This document shows positions 30,287 to 39,746 of a DNA stretch of 64,000 nt, one piece after another. Source of the DNA: Chloroflexota bacterium (GTDB taxonomy: Bacteria; Chloroflexota; UBA11872); NCBI GenBank assembly GCA_022821905.1, contig JAJECS010000015.1, positions 4,867 through 68,866 of the forward strand, written 5' to 3'. Under the pieces are notes generated by a model. It was not told the origin of the DNA, did not search any database, and saw only the letters and a list, made by a program, of their open reading frames with translations. How positions within the stretch are numbered: the first letter of the stretch is position 1; each line of letters begins with the position of its first letter. Both the position numbers and the translations under genes were made by a program.

Positions 30287-31624
30287 ATGGCTCCCGCATC
30301 GACCGCCGCCGATCGTTGGGCCGACGCCCACGTGAGCGATCCGGACTTTGTGGTCTACATCCCGCAGGACGGCGACACGCCGGCGCACCGCGCGGCATCC
30401 GAGAACGGGCCGTGGGACGCGGGCAACGTGCACTTCGTGGTCACCCCCACGACGACCGGCGCGCTGCTGGGCACCTGGACCCAGGCGGACGGCAATAGCT
30501 TCCACGGCCCCAACGCACGCGTGGTGGTGGCGCGCAGCGAGGACCGGGGCCGCACGTGGAGCCGGCCGACGGTGCTCGACGCTCCGCCGGAAGGCACGGA
30601 GCAGACGGCGGTGTGGTCAGTGCCCGTGGTCGTGCCGCACTCAGGCCGCGTGTGGATCTTCTATCACCGCAACACCGGCCCGGTGGACTTCGATCGCGGC
30701 ATGACGGGCGTGCTGTCGTGGCGCGTGTCGGACGACGACGGCCATACCTGGGGCGAACGGCACGACACTCCGATCGGCCGCGGGGCCATCGACGATCCCG
30801 ATCCGGCGATGCTCAGCAGTTGGGTCACCTCCGGCTGGCAGGCGCCCATCGTCACGCGGCGCGGCAGCGTGCTGTGTCCGATTACGCGCTGGGCGGGAAA
30901 TGCATTCCAGGGCCAATTCGAGACCGTGACGCCCGAGATCGGCTTCAACCAGCGGCACCACGAGGCGTGGTTCTTGCGCTTCGACAACGTGATGACGGTT
31001 GACGACCCGGCCGATCTGACGGTGTCGACCTGGCCCGACGCCGACCACGGCATCCGCGTGCCCCAGCTGCGCGACCCGCGCATGAGCACGGCGATGGAAC
31101 CGAGCATTCAACCGCTGAGCGACGGGCGCATCGTCTGCGTGCTGCGGACCATGACCGGGTACATCTGGTATTCGGTGTCGAGCGACGACGGGCAGTCGTG
31201 GTCCGAAGCGGAAATGCTGCGCTTCCAGCCCGGCGGCCCGCCGATTCCTCACCCGTCGGCCCCGTGTCCGCTCTACAAGCTGCGGGACGGCCGCTATCTG
31301 CTGTTCTTCCACAACAACGACGGCACCGCCAACGGCGGTAGCGGACCCGGCAGCGGCGAGTCGCGGCGGCCGATATTCGTCAGCGTCGGGCGCGAGATCG
31401 ACAATCCCGGCGGCCAGCCGCTGGTCTTCGGGCGGCCGCATCTCATTGTCGATAACGCCTGGGCAACCTCGGTGACTCGTGGGCGTCCGGGCGGCATTGC
31501 CGCCTACGGCAGCCTCACCGACTTCGCCGACGAGGTCATCCTCTGGTACGGCGACCGTATGCAATACCTGCTCGGGAAGCGCCTGACCGACGTGATGCTC
31601 GACGACACCTGGCTCCCGCGGTGA
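30287..31624 (+). CDS. BNR/Asp-box sialidase-fold beta-propeller protein, subfamily B paralog 1
   Basis: Asp-boxes SEDRGRTWS, SDDDGHTWG, SSDDGQSWS; ATG at 30287 (the upstream in-frame extension overlaps the aldolase and is rejected); paralog of 38359..39651. Confidence 0.75.
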   Translation: MAPASTAADRWADAHVSDPDFVVYIPQDGDTPAHRAASENGPWDAGNVHFVVTPTTTGALLGTWTQADGNSFHGPNARVVVARSEDRGRTWSRPTVLDAPPEGTEQTAVWSVPVVVPHSGRVWIFYHRNTGPVDFDRGMTGVLSWRVSDDDGHTWGERHDTPIGRGAIDDPDPAMLSSWVTSGWQAPIVTRRGSVLCPITRWAGNAFQGQFETVTPEIGFNQRHHEAWFLRFDNVMTVDDPADLTVSTWPDADHGIRVPQLRDPRMSTAMEPSIQPLSDGRIVCVLRTMTGYIWYSVSSDDGQSWSEAEMLRFQPGGPPIPHPSAPCPLYKLRDGRYLLFFHNNDGTANGGSGPGSGESRRPIFVSVGREIDNPGGQPLVFGRPHLIVDNAWATSVTRGRPGGIAAYGSLTDFADEVILWYGDRMQYLLGKRLTDVMLDDTWLPR

Positions 31625-32604
31625 GCAATCGCGCGTGGCAGCCGCGGTTTTCGGATGGCCTCTACCGGCACTTTCCGACGCGGCACGTCGACGGGCCGTC
31701 CAACGCGGAAATCGACGCTGCCTTCCGGCACATGGACGGCGTGCCGGACGTCGAGGGCGTAGAGTGCTTCAGCCGCACGACGGTGACGCTTGAGAACGCG
31801 GCGCACGTCAAGCGGCGACTCGATGAGCGCGGTTTGGTCTGCGCCATGGTGTCGCACGGCGAGACGGTCGCGCGGGGATTTCCCAAAGCGCTTTGGACCT
31901 CGCCCGAAGCCGCCGACCGGCGCGAAGCCATCGACATGGCGGTGTATTCGATCGAGGTCGCGCGGGCGCTCGATGCGCGGGGCATCTATCTGTTCACCGC
32001 CCTGGACGGACCCGACTATCCGTTCCAGCAGGACTTCCGTCGCGCGCGGCGCTTCACCGTGGAAGCTCTACGAGAGATATGCGACGCCGCCGGCGACCTG
32101 CTCGTAGCGCTCGAATACCGCATTCACACGCCCAAAGGCTGGTCCAACATCGGCTCGATGGCGGCCACGCTCGATCTCGCCAACGAGGTCGGGCGACCGA
32201 ATCTCGGCGCGCAGCTCGAGGTGGCGCATACCTTGCTCAGCCACGAGAACCTCGGCCAGGCCGCGTGGGACGCCGCACGCCTGGGGCGGCTTCACCATCT
32301 GCACCTGAACGACACGCAGCTGCCGATCGACATCGGCACGATATTCGCCAGCCACCACTTCTGGGAATGCCTGGAGCTGCTCTACTGGCTGCGCGAGGCC
32401 GACTACGCCGGCTTCCTGGGGATCGACTGCTTCTGGTGGCAGGTCGACTCGGCGCTAAACGCCGCCCAGCAGGTCCACAACATCCACTTCATGCTGCGGG
32501 TGCTGGATGCCCTGGACGACTCGGCCTTCCGCGAGGCGATGGGCGAACAGGACATTCTCGCGACCCAGCGCATGCTGTGGGAAGCGCTGCGCCGGGCGAG
32601 CTAG
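31621..32604 (+). CDS. Sugar phosphate isomerase/epimerase (xylose isomerase-like TIM barrel)
   Basis: GTG start overlapping the upstream stop (GTGA); TIM-barrel family sequence. Confidence 0.7.
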   Translation: MSNRAWQPRFSDGLYRHFPTRHVDGPSNAEIDAAFRHMDGVPDVEGVECFSRTTVTLENAAHVKRRLDERGLVCAMVSHGETVARGFPKALWTSPEAADRREAIDMAVYSIEVARALDARGIYLFTALDGPDYPFQQDFRRARRFTVEALREICDAAGDLLVALEYRIHTPKGWSNIGSMAATLDLANEVGRPNLGAQLEVAHTLLSHENLGQAAWDAARLGRLHHLHLNDTQLPIDIGTIFASHHFWECLELLYWLREADYAGFLGIDCFWWQVDSALNAAQQVHNIHFMLRVLDALDDSAFREAMGEQDILATQRMLWEALRRAS

Positions 32605-32639
32605 CGACGGCTTTACCCTTTTACTCGAAACCTGGCCAA

Positions 32640-32678
32640 GACCCGTTCGTGGTGAGCTTGTCGAACCATGAACGGGTC
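32640..32678. repeat. Intergenic element, copy 1; the exact 26-nt core CCGTTCGTGGTGAGCTTGTCGAACCA (32643..32668) is shared with 50733..50758
   Basis: GACCCGTTC…GAACGGGTC 9-bp inverted repeat around the shared core; nested GTTCG/CGAAC and GTGGT/ACCA(C) inverted repeats. Confidence 0.5.
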
Positions 32679-32748
32679 GCATGGCTCAGACCGAATGCGG
32701 CCCACGCTGCACGCAGCGCGGGCCACCGGACACAGGATTGGATGTTGC

Positions 32749-32771
32749 AGGGGCAGCCTCAGTGGCTGCCC
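32749..32771. terminator. GC-rich hairpin GGGCAGCC-TCAGT-GGCTGCCC between convergent genes
   Basis: Perfect 8-bp stem; no U-tract; could act as a bidirectional terminator. Confidence 0.25.
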
Positions 32772-32779
32772 GGAATTGC

Positions 32780-33247
32780 CTAGCCGTCCCCCGGATGCCG
32801 CACGTCGGGCAGCCGCTCGTTGAACTCCACCACGTTCCCTTCCGGGTCCTTGGCATAGAGCACTCGGCGCCAGAGACGGGGCCAGTCCACCGGCCCGCCC
32901 CACACGTCCAGGCCCTCCGCGCGCAATGCGTCGACGATTGGGTCGAGCTCATCGACCACGAACTGCACGTGATTCGGACCTCTGCCCGAAGGTCCGCGCG
33001 CGGTGCTCGGATCCGGGTGATGGTGATACTTGAGAAGCTCCAGGGCTTCGGGGCGATCCTCGGTGCCCAGGAACACGGCTTCGAGCTTGACGTCGGTAAG
33101 CCCGGTCAGCTCGTCGATGTGCGGCCCCTCGATCATCGCGGCGCGGGTCTGACGCAACCCGACCACGCGGACGTAGAAGTCGCGCATGGCGTCCATGTCC
33201 TGAACCACCAGGCCAACGTGGCCGACGGTGGGCGCGGTGCGGGACAT
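32780..33247 (-). CDS. VOC (glyoxalase/bleomycin-resistance/dioxygenase) family protein
   Basis: MSRTAPTVGHVGLVVQDMDAMRDFY… VOC N-terminal pattern; start at internal ATG 33247. Confidence 0.7.
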   Translation of the reverse strand: MSRTAPTVGHVGLVVQDMDAMRDFYVRVVGLRQTRAAMIEGPHIDELTGLTDVKLEAVFLGTEDRPEALELLKYHHHPDPSTARGPSGRGPNHVQFVVDELDPIVDALRAEGLDVWGGPVDWPRLWRRVLYAKDPEGNVVEFNERLPDVRHPGDG

Positions 33248-33347
33248 TGGCGGCCTCGAGAATTCGGGGCGGCATTCTTGCATGCGGGGACGTCCGGATT
33301 GCGAGACTGAGTACGCTGAGGATGGCGAATCACGACGAGCGTCGGTC

Positions 33348-34586
33348 ATGAGCTACGACCTAGCCGAGAATTACGACCTCACCGACCGGCTGAGGGGCTG
33401 GCCGGGGTTCCGAATCGGCGCCGTGGCCGGGATCGTGATCGCCTTTGCATGGATCCATCAGGTCGACCTGGTGGCGGCCGTGCTCGCGGGTGACACCTTT
33501 GCGCTGGGCATCGGCCTTCAGACCATCGTGTTTGGGCTGCTCTTCGCGGGCTGGATCTGGGGATTGCTCTTTCGCATGCGCGCCGGCATTTCCTGGGCGG
33601 CCGGGCTGGCGGTGGCGCTTGGGTGCGTGACCGGGCTCATCGCGTGGCTCGATGCTTTCATGGGCTGGGGGCTGGATTGGCAGATCGGGGACCGTGCCCT
33701 GCTGGTGCCCGGAGAGGTGAGTTCGCAGGGCTTCGGACTGGCCATGCTGGCTGGCGTGCTGTGGGCCGTCAGCACCGCCGCGTTCACCGTGGTGTTTGCG
33801 ATGGCCTCGGCTCTGATCGGCGCGACCGCATTGCGGCGCGTGACTGAGCCCTGGGCCGGGCGTGTGTTCCCTCGAATCGTGGATGGGCTGCCTGCGTTCT
33901 GGCACGAATTCCTCAACCCTCGCCGACGCGCCGAGCCGCCTCGGCGAGACGGCGCGACGGTGCGCGCCCGGCGTCGCCTTCCCGAAGTGGCACGGGCCTG
34001 GCAGACGGTCTATGGACGCGCGGTGCTGATCCTTGCGTACGGCGGGGCCGTGCTGGCGCAACTCTGGATCGATCTGCCCGAGCGTGCCGACGCCGCGTTC
34101 ATGTTCGGCATGTTCGCGCTGGCCGACGGTGCGCTGCTGCTGGTGCTCGCCGACAAGAGCCGCGCCTTCGCGCCCGCGCGTCGCCAACTGCGCCTCGAAG
34201 CGGCTGCATCGATCGTGATCGGGCTCATCGCTGCCGTCATCGCGTTTGGCCTGGGCCGCCCCATGCCGCTCGAGCTGTTTTACGGGCTGGTTGCCGTCTG
34301 GGCGCTGCTCACGGCCGGGGCGCAGTTTGCGGTGGCCTTCGCCATGCGGCACGGCGATTCGGCGCACCTGGTGATTCTCTACACGATTCTTATCGCCGTG
34401 ACCCGGCTCGTCTACGGTGTCGAGGCCGCCGCCGCCCCCGAAGTCGTGCGCCTGGCCTACGCGCAGAGCGTGATTCTCATGGCGGTCGTGGTGCTGACGG
34501 CCATGCTCTACGTGCTGTTGGGGAACGTGTTGCGCGAGTGGCCGAAATCCGAGTTCGAAGCCGCGGGGCGCTCCGCGCGCACCTGA
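33348..34586 (+). CDS. Polytopic membrane protein, DUF308/HdeD-like (tentative)
   Basis: Many predicted TM helices; shares the motif FGxFALADGAL-LLV with 37513..38253. Confidence 0.55.
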   Translation: MSYDLAENYDLTDRLRGWPGFRIGAVAGIVIAFAWIHQVDLVAAVLAGDTFALGIGLQTIVFGLLFAGWIWGLLFRMRAGISWAAGLAVALGCVTGLIAWLDAFMGWGLDWQIGDRALLVPGEVSSQGFGLAMLAGVLWAVSTAAFTVVFAMASALIGATALRRVTEPWAGRVFPRIVDGLPAFWHEFLNPRRRAEPPRRDGATVRARRRLPEVARAWQTVYGRAVLILAYGGAVLAQLWIDLPERADAAFMFGMFALADGALLLVLADKSRAFAPARRQLRLEAAASIVIGLIAAVIAFGLGRPMPLELFYGLVAVWALLTAGAQFAVAFAMRHGDSAHLVILYTILIAVTRLVYGVEAAAAPEVVRLAYAQSVILMAVVVLTAMLYVLLGNVLREWPKSEFEAAGRSART

Positions 34587-34659
34587 GGTCATTGGTCGGG
34601 GCGGCATGCCGGTGTCACACTGCGCGCCGGATGTCGCGTCAAGGTTATCGGGGGCAGGC

Positions 34660-35571
34660 ATGAGTCGCGGACAGGACGTGCTCGCGCGGATGAAGGGCCC
34701 GGTCGTTCCAATCAACTTGTGCTTCAACTTCGACGGCACCCCGGACTATCCGTCGATTGCACGCTATGTGGATTGGCTCGCGGACGAGGGCACGCCGATC
34801 CTCATGCTCACTGCAGGCAGCAGCGAGTTCGCCAGCCTGAGCGACGACGAGATCTGGCGCCTCACCGCCGTGGTGGCCGAGGCCAACAACGGACGCGCGG
34901 TGTTCATCGCCTCGTCGGGACTGTGGAAGCCGTCCGTCACGCGCGAGTTTCTGGTCCACGCCGACCGCGTGGGCGCCGATGCCGTCAAGCTCCAGTTCAG
35001 CAGCTGGCTCACGCTGAGCCGCGAGGTCGTGGTGCGCTATTTCGACCTGGTGCAGGACGCCGCGGACGTGCCGCTGCTGCTGCTGTCCGGTCCCAACTTC
35101 CCGCTGGATGGGGCCGTCGAGCTTGCCTCGCGGCCCAACATGATCGGCATCAAGAACGACGGCCACCCGTTCTACGACTACTACGAGCTGATGCGCGGTA
35201 CGGCGGATGAGGACTTTGGCGTCATCAGCGGCGGGCAGATGCGCAACTTCATGTTCGGGTACCCGCTTGGTTCACCCGCCTATCTCTGCCCCATCGCGCC
35301 GCTTCGACCGCGCCTGGCCAACGAGTTCTACGACCACGTGGCGGCGGGACGAACCGGCGAGGCCTGGGAGTTCATCTTCAAATACGAGGACCCGTGGCTC
35401 CACTGGGCCGCAAGCCAGAACTGGCTGGCGTCGATCAAGGCGGCGATCCACCTGCAGGGGCTCTATCCGAATAACCTGCTGGGGCACGCCTACCCGCGCC
35501 CGGAACCCGACGTGGTCGACAAGGTGCGGGACAAGCTGGTTGAGGTGTTCGGGAGCGCGACGGTCGAGTAG
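34660..35571 (+). CDS. DapA/NanA family class I aldolase-like protein (dihydrodipicolinate synthase / N-acetylneuraminate lyase family)
   Basis: 303 aa; family size and N-terminal block (…MLTAGSSEFASLSDDE…) consistent with the DapA family; divergent member. Confidence 0.6.
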   Translation: MSRGQDVLARMKGPVVPINLCFNFDGTPDYPSIARYVDWLADEGTPILMLTAGSSEFASLSDDEIWRLTAVVAEANNGRAVFIASSGLWKPSVTREFLVHADRVGADAVKLQFSSWLTLSREVVVRYFDLVQDAADVPLLLLSGPNFPLDGAVELASRPNMIGIKNDGHPFYDYYELMRGTADEDFGVISGGQMRNFMFGYPLGSPAYLCPIAPLRPRLANEFYDHVAAGRTGEAWEFIFKYEDPWLHWAASQNWLASIKAAIHLQGLYPNNLLGHAYPRPEPDVVDKVRDKLVEVFGSATVE

Positions 35572-35603
35572 GAAGGTCCCGAGCCTATGAGAGGGCGCTA
35601 GTC

Positions 35604-36569
35604 ATGGCCGCCGATTCGACTTTGCTCGCCTATCTGGTTCCACGGGTTACACACAGCACCGAGAACACCGCGATCGAGGCCCTCGGATACATCTTGTCCC
35701 AGTCGGCGGCGTGCAGAGGCGCCCTGCGGGATGTGCTCCGGTCCGGCGGCTCTGAAATCGGTCCGATCGCGCGGGTGGCGACCGAGGTCAGCGGCGAGAA
35801 GGGGGGTCGCCCGGACCTCGCCGGCTTCGATGAGCACGGCAGGGAGCGCATGCTCATCGAGGTGAAGTTCTGGGCTGGACTCCAGCCCGGGCAGCCGAAT
35901 GCGTACCTCGAGCGATTGATCCAGAGCAATGCGACCGGCCCCTCGGCGCTGCTGTTCGTCGCCCCCGCGGCTCGGCTCGAGACGCTCTGGGCCGAGGTGC
36001 AACGGCGGGCAGAGGCGATGGAAGTCGAGTCGTCAGGGGCGTCGGATCTCAAGAGCGCCGTCGTTGGCGGCGGTGATTGCCGACTGATGCTTACCAGTTG
36101 GGCGGCGCTGCTCGGCCGGATGGCCGCCCGGGCGGCCGAAGCCGGCGAGTCGGCCGTGGAATCGGACATTCGCCAGCTGCGCGGGCTCGCCAACCGGATG
36201 GACGAAGACGCGTTCCTGCCGCTGCAGTCCGAAGAGTTCGCGCCCGAATTCCCACGCCGGATGCGCGGCTTGCGGCGTCTGATTGACGACGCGACCTACC
36301 GGGGACGCAAATCTGGGTGGATTAGCACGAGCGGCCTGATGGTCACACCGCGGCGATCCGGCTACGGACGGTACCTTCGATTGTTCGGCAGCGCTGGTGC
36401 GTGGTTTGGCGTCGACTTCAATCGTTGGGCCGAGCGCGGAGATACGCCTCTGTGGGTGATCTTCAATAAGAAGCAGTCGGTAGTCAGCCTCGGTGACATA
36501 CGCCGCGCGCTGCAGCTGTCCAGTAGTGATCGGCACGTTGCGATTCACCTGCCGGTGGGTGTCGAGTAA
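35604..36569 (+). CDS. Hypothetical protein with N-terminal PD-(D/E)xK nuclease-fold motifs
   Basis: Helix TENTAIEALGYIL, then RPDLAGFDE (D), then LIEVKF (E-x-K) in restriction-endonuclease-fold spacing; a C-terminal ~200 aa of unknown function; the 29 codons after its TAA stop are in frame and protein-like. Confidence 0.5.
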   Translation: MAADSTLLAYLVPRVTHSTENTAIEALGYILSQSAACRGALRDVLRSGGSEIGPIARVATEVSGEKGGRPDLAGFDEHGRERMLIEVKFWAGLQPGQPNAYLERLIQSNATGPSALLFVAPAARLETLWAEVQRRAEAMEVESSGASDLKSAVVGGGDCRLMLTSWAALLGRMAARAAEAGESAVESDIRQLRGLANRMDEDAFLPLQSEEFAPEFPRRMRGLRRLIDDATYRGRKSGWISTSGLMVTPRRSGYGRYLRLFGSAGAWFGVDFNRWAERGDTPLWVIFNKKQSVVSLGDIRRALQLSSSDRHVAIHLPVGVE

Positions 36570-36691
36570 GACGCGGTGCTGAAGGACGTGGTCGACCAGT
36601 TGGAGGAAATCGGGCGGACGATAAACCCTGAGTTTAAGCCACCCGAAACGCCCTAATTCGTGCCCTGCGGCCCGGGGTCCAGCCGAAACCG

Positions 36692-37474
36692 CTACGCGAA
36701 CGCCAGGTTGCGCTTCTTGCCTCGCACGATCAGGCCGTTGACGCCGGTGTTGTGCCCGCCGGTTTGGACGTTCTGCGGGTCGCGGTAGCCGGTGCGAACC
36801 AGGCGCCGCCACCCATTGGTGCGGTTCGGGTCCGAGCCGTGGATCGTCAGGTAGCTCATGAAGACCACGTCGCCGGCGTTGGCCGGCACGGGGGTGGCGT
36901 CCGCCAGCCGGTATTCGTCCACCGGCAGGTGCGGGCGGGTGTCCTTGGAGTCAACCCGCCCGATGTGCTGCAGCGGTCCGAGCTTGTGGCTGCCAGGCAG
37001 AAATTTCAGGCAGCCGTTGGCCTCGGTGGCGTCGTCGATATGGAGCAGCGCGTCGATGTACGCCGGCCCCTCGTGCGCGTAGAAGGGATAGTCCTGGTGC
37101 ATCGGAAACGGCGTGCCCATCTCCGGTCCCTTGGCGTGCAGCATGGTGTGGTGGTACTCCACGCTGGTGCCCAGCAGGTCCGCCACCGCGCCCACGAGCT
37201 TGTCGTCGGTGACGGCGCGGAAGAACTCCGCGGAATATCCGGGAAGATCGCCGAGAATGTCTAATCTCGCACGTTGGTCTTCCTCGGCCGTCATGTAGGC
37301 TTGCCGCCATGGCCCTTTCCACCCCGGACCCTGCGTGGCCCACTCTTGCATGAGCCGCTCCAACTCCTCCGACTGGCGGGCGACGGTTTCGGCATCAAAG
37401 ACGTTCTCCAACCGCAAGTAGCCCAACTCGTTGAAGGCGTCGACCTGATCCTGCGTCAGCGTTTCCATGCGCAT
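36692..37474 (-). CDS. PhyH family Fe(II)/2OG oxygenase
   Basis: MHQDYPFY (HxD) … HGSDPN. Confidence 0.7.
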   Translation of the reverse strand: MRMETLTQDQVDAFNELGYLRLENVFDAETVARQSEELERLMQEWATQGPGWKGPWRQAYMTAEEDQRARLDILGDLPGYSAEFFRAVTDDKLVGAVADLLGTSVEYHHTMLHAKGPEMGTPFPMHQDYPFYAHEGPAYIDALLHIDDATEANGCLKFLPGSHKLGPLQHIGRVDSKDTRPHLPVDEYRLADATPVPANAGDVVFMSYLTIHGSDPNRTNGWRRLVRTGYRDPQNVQTGGHNTGVNGLIVRGKKRNLAFA

Positions 37475-37512
37475 ACCTCTGGCCGCGACCCCAGAGTCTA
37501 CCGCCCATTAAC

Positions 37513-38253
37513 TTGCCGGCGTCCCCGATGACGGCTGAAGCGCCCGCCACCGCGGTGCGAACGGTCGCGGTTCCACGATCCCGGTGGTGGCTGCTCCTGG
37601 TGCGGGCCGTGGTGCCGCTGCTCTACGCCAACGTGCAGATCGGACTGCTGTGGCCCGAGGATCTGAAGGCGCCGCCGGCCATCGTGTTCGGCGTCTTTGC
37701 GCTGGCGGACGGCGCGCTGGCGTTGCTCGTGGCGCTGCGTGTGCGTGAGTTTCGCCCGGCGCGTGGCTTGATCCTGGCGGACGCCGCGCTGGGGGCCGCC
37801 GCGGGCATTGCCGGTTTCCTGCTGTGGCTGGTGGTGTGGTCCGAGTCCGTGGTCCCCGCCGCGGCATACGTGGGGCTCGCGGGGACCTGGGCCTTCCTGA
37901 GCGGCCTGCTGCACGCCGCCGTCGCCATTCCGCTGCGGCGAATCGAAGGCGCGCAGATGCCGCTGCTGTTCATCATCGTGAGCGGCCTGGTGCGGATGGC
38001 CTACGGGGTGCCCACGGGCCTGTCGGCCCTCGTCGTGCTCAATTTCACCGGATTTCGCCGGTTCCTCTCGGTGCAGCAGTGGTTTGTGCTGCTCCACGGA
38101 ATCACCTATCTGTTGTTCTACGGCGGGCTCGCCGAAGTCTGGCGGGCGCGGCGGCAGGCCGAGGTGGCGACGCAGGAACGGATCGCGCGCAAGGACTTGC
38201 AGGTGCGGCAGGCGCGCGAGCGCCGCGCCGGGCGCGCACTCCACACGGCCTGA
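37513..38253 (+). CDS. Membrane protein, DUF308/HdeD-like paralog (tentative)
   Basis: 6+ TM helices; FGVFALADGALALLVAL motif shared with 33348..34586. Confidence 0.5.
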   Translation: MPASPMTAEAPATAVRTVAVPRSRWWLLLVRAVVPLLYANVQIGLLWPEDLKAPPAIVFGVFALADGALALLVALRVREFRPARGLILADAALGAAAGIAGFLLWLVVWSESVVPAAAYVGLAGTWAFLSGLLHAAVAIPLRRIEGAQMPLLFIIVSGLVRMAYGVPTGLSALVVLNFTGFRRFLSVQQWFVLLHGITYLLFYGGLAEVWRARRQAEVATQERIARKDLQVRQARERRAGRALHTA

Positions 38254-38358
38254 CGGCGAGGCGGCCGCGGGCGTGGGCTATGATCCCGCACTCGCCGCTG
38301 GACCGGAGCGCTACCTCAAATGTCGGGGACGGCGCCCGGACAAAGGAGGCGCGCGGTG

Positions 38359-39651
38359 ATGATTGACGAGAGCCAGCACCAGACTTATTCCGACGACTGG
38401 CGGCGCACCAACCCCGATCTGGTGTTCTTCCTGCCGCCGGCGCCGCCGGAGTGGCAGGAGTCGGTGGATCACGTGCTGGTCAGCCTCACGCGCGAGGGCG
38501 CGCTGCTGGCCATCTGGACCTACTGCACCCAGGAGCACGCCGCCGACGAGTCGATCATGGTGCGTCGCAGCGAGGACGGCGGGCGCACCTGGACCGGCCC
38601 CGACGTGCTGGCGGGACCCGGGCGCTACCCCGGCCAGGTCGCGTCGTTTGGCTTCCCCGTCATGAGCCAGAACGGGCGCATCTATTGCTTCTACAACCGC
38701 AGCACGGGCCTGGGCGACGCCTACACCAACGCGTTCCTCGAGTGCAAGGTGTCGGACGATGACGGCCGCACCTGGGTGGACGGCGGCGTGCAAATCCCCT
38801 TCCGCCACACCCGTTTCGACCTGCCCGATCCCAAGGCCGGTCCTTCGTGCATCGTCTGGCAGAAGCCGATTCGCGATCGCAACAACAAGCACATTGTCGG
38901 CATCACCCGCTGGACCTCGGAGCGCGTGAGACGCCGCACGCCGGCCAGCGCCCGCGCGCCGCGCGGCGTCGGCGACTGCCATGTCGAGTTCCTGCGCTTC
39001 GAGAACATCGACGACGAGCCGGACCCGCGCGACCTGGAGCTCACCTGGCTGCCCGACAGCGACGATCTCGTCTCCTCACCGGTGATGTTCGATACCGAAT
39101 ACACCGCCGGCTACTCCTTCTGCCAGGAGCCCGGCCTGGTGCTGCTGCCGGACGGTCGCCTGTTCGCCAGCATGCGCACGCCCAACGGGCAGATCTGGTA
39201 CACGGTGTCAGCCGACGACGGCCACTCGTGGCGGCCGAGCGAGATGCTGCGCTTTCGCGACGGCGGCGCGCCGATGGAGAACCCGGTCTCGCCCACGCCG
39301 CTCTATCGGCTGCACGATGGGCGCTACATCCAACTGCTCCAGAACCACGACGGCTGGGGCTACAACGGCTTCGGCCCGCTCAACAGCGACAGCCGCCGGC
39401 CGCAGTTCCTCGCGGTCGGCGAGTTCCGACCGAACGCGCACCAGCCCCTCTGGTTCAGCGAGCCGCTGCTGCTGTTCGACACCGACGGCGTGGGAATAGC
39501 CCCGCACTATCGGCCCTGGCTGTCGATGTATTCCAGCCTCACCGAGCGCGAGGGCAAGCGCATCCTCTGGTACTCCGACCGCAAGCTGTTCGGCCTTGGT
39601 CGCTACATCACCGACGAGATGCTGGAGCCGTTGACCGTGCCCGAGGCGTAG
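38359..39651 (+). CDS. BNR/Asp-box sialidase-fold beta-propeller protein, subfamily B paralog 2
   Basis: SEDGGRTWT, SDDDGRTWV, SADDGHSWR; strong SD AAAGGAGG 9 nt upstream of ATG 38359. Confidence 0.75.
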   Translation: MIDESQHQTYSDDWRRTNPDLVFFLPPAPPEWQESVDHVLVSLTREGALLAIWTYCTQEHAADESIMVRRSEDGGRTWTGPDVLAGPGRYPGQVASFGFPVMSQNGRIYCFYNRSTGLGDAYTNAFLECKVSDDDGRTWVDGGVQIPFRHTRFDLPDPKAGPSCIVWQKPIRDRNNKHIVGITRWTSERVRRRTPASARAPRGVGDCHVEFLRFENIDDEPDPRDLELTWLPDSDDLVSSPVMFDTEYTAGYSFCQEPGLVLLPDGRLFASMRTPNGQIWYTVSADDGHSWRPSEMLRFRDGGAPMENPVSPTPLYRLHDGRYIQLLQNHDGWGYNGFGPLNSDSRRPQFLAVGEFRPNAHQPLWFSEPLLLFDTDGVGIAPHYRPWLSMYSSLTEREGKRILWYSDRKLFGLGRYITDEMLEPLTVPEA

Positions 39652-39683
39652 ACAGGAAGCGTCGTTGGCGTTATCCTGATCTC

Positions 39684-39708
39684 AATCGATGTCATTGACA
39701 TTGATTGT
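39684..39708. promoter_or_regulatory. Palindromic operator candidate upstream of the TA operon
   Basis: CAATCGATGTCA-T-TGACATTGATTG (11/12 inverted repeat) in a locally AT-richer stretch, ~40 bp upstream of the RHH gene. Confidence 0.5.
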
Positions 39709-39746
39709 AGCTAAACGCCATTGCGCCTTCACCCAGGAGATGTGCC

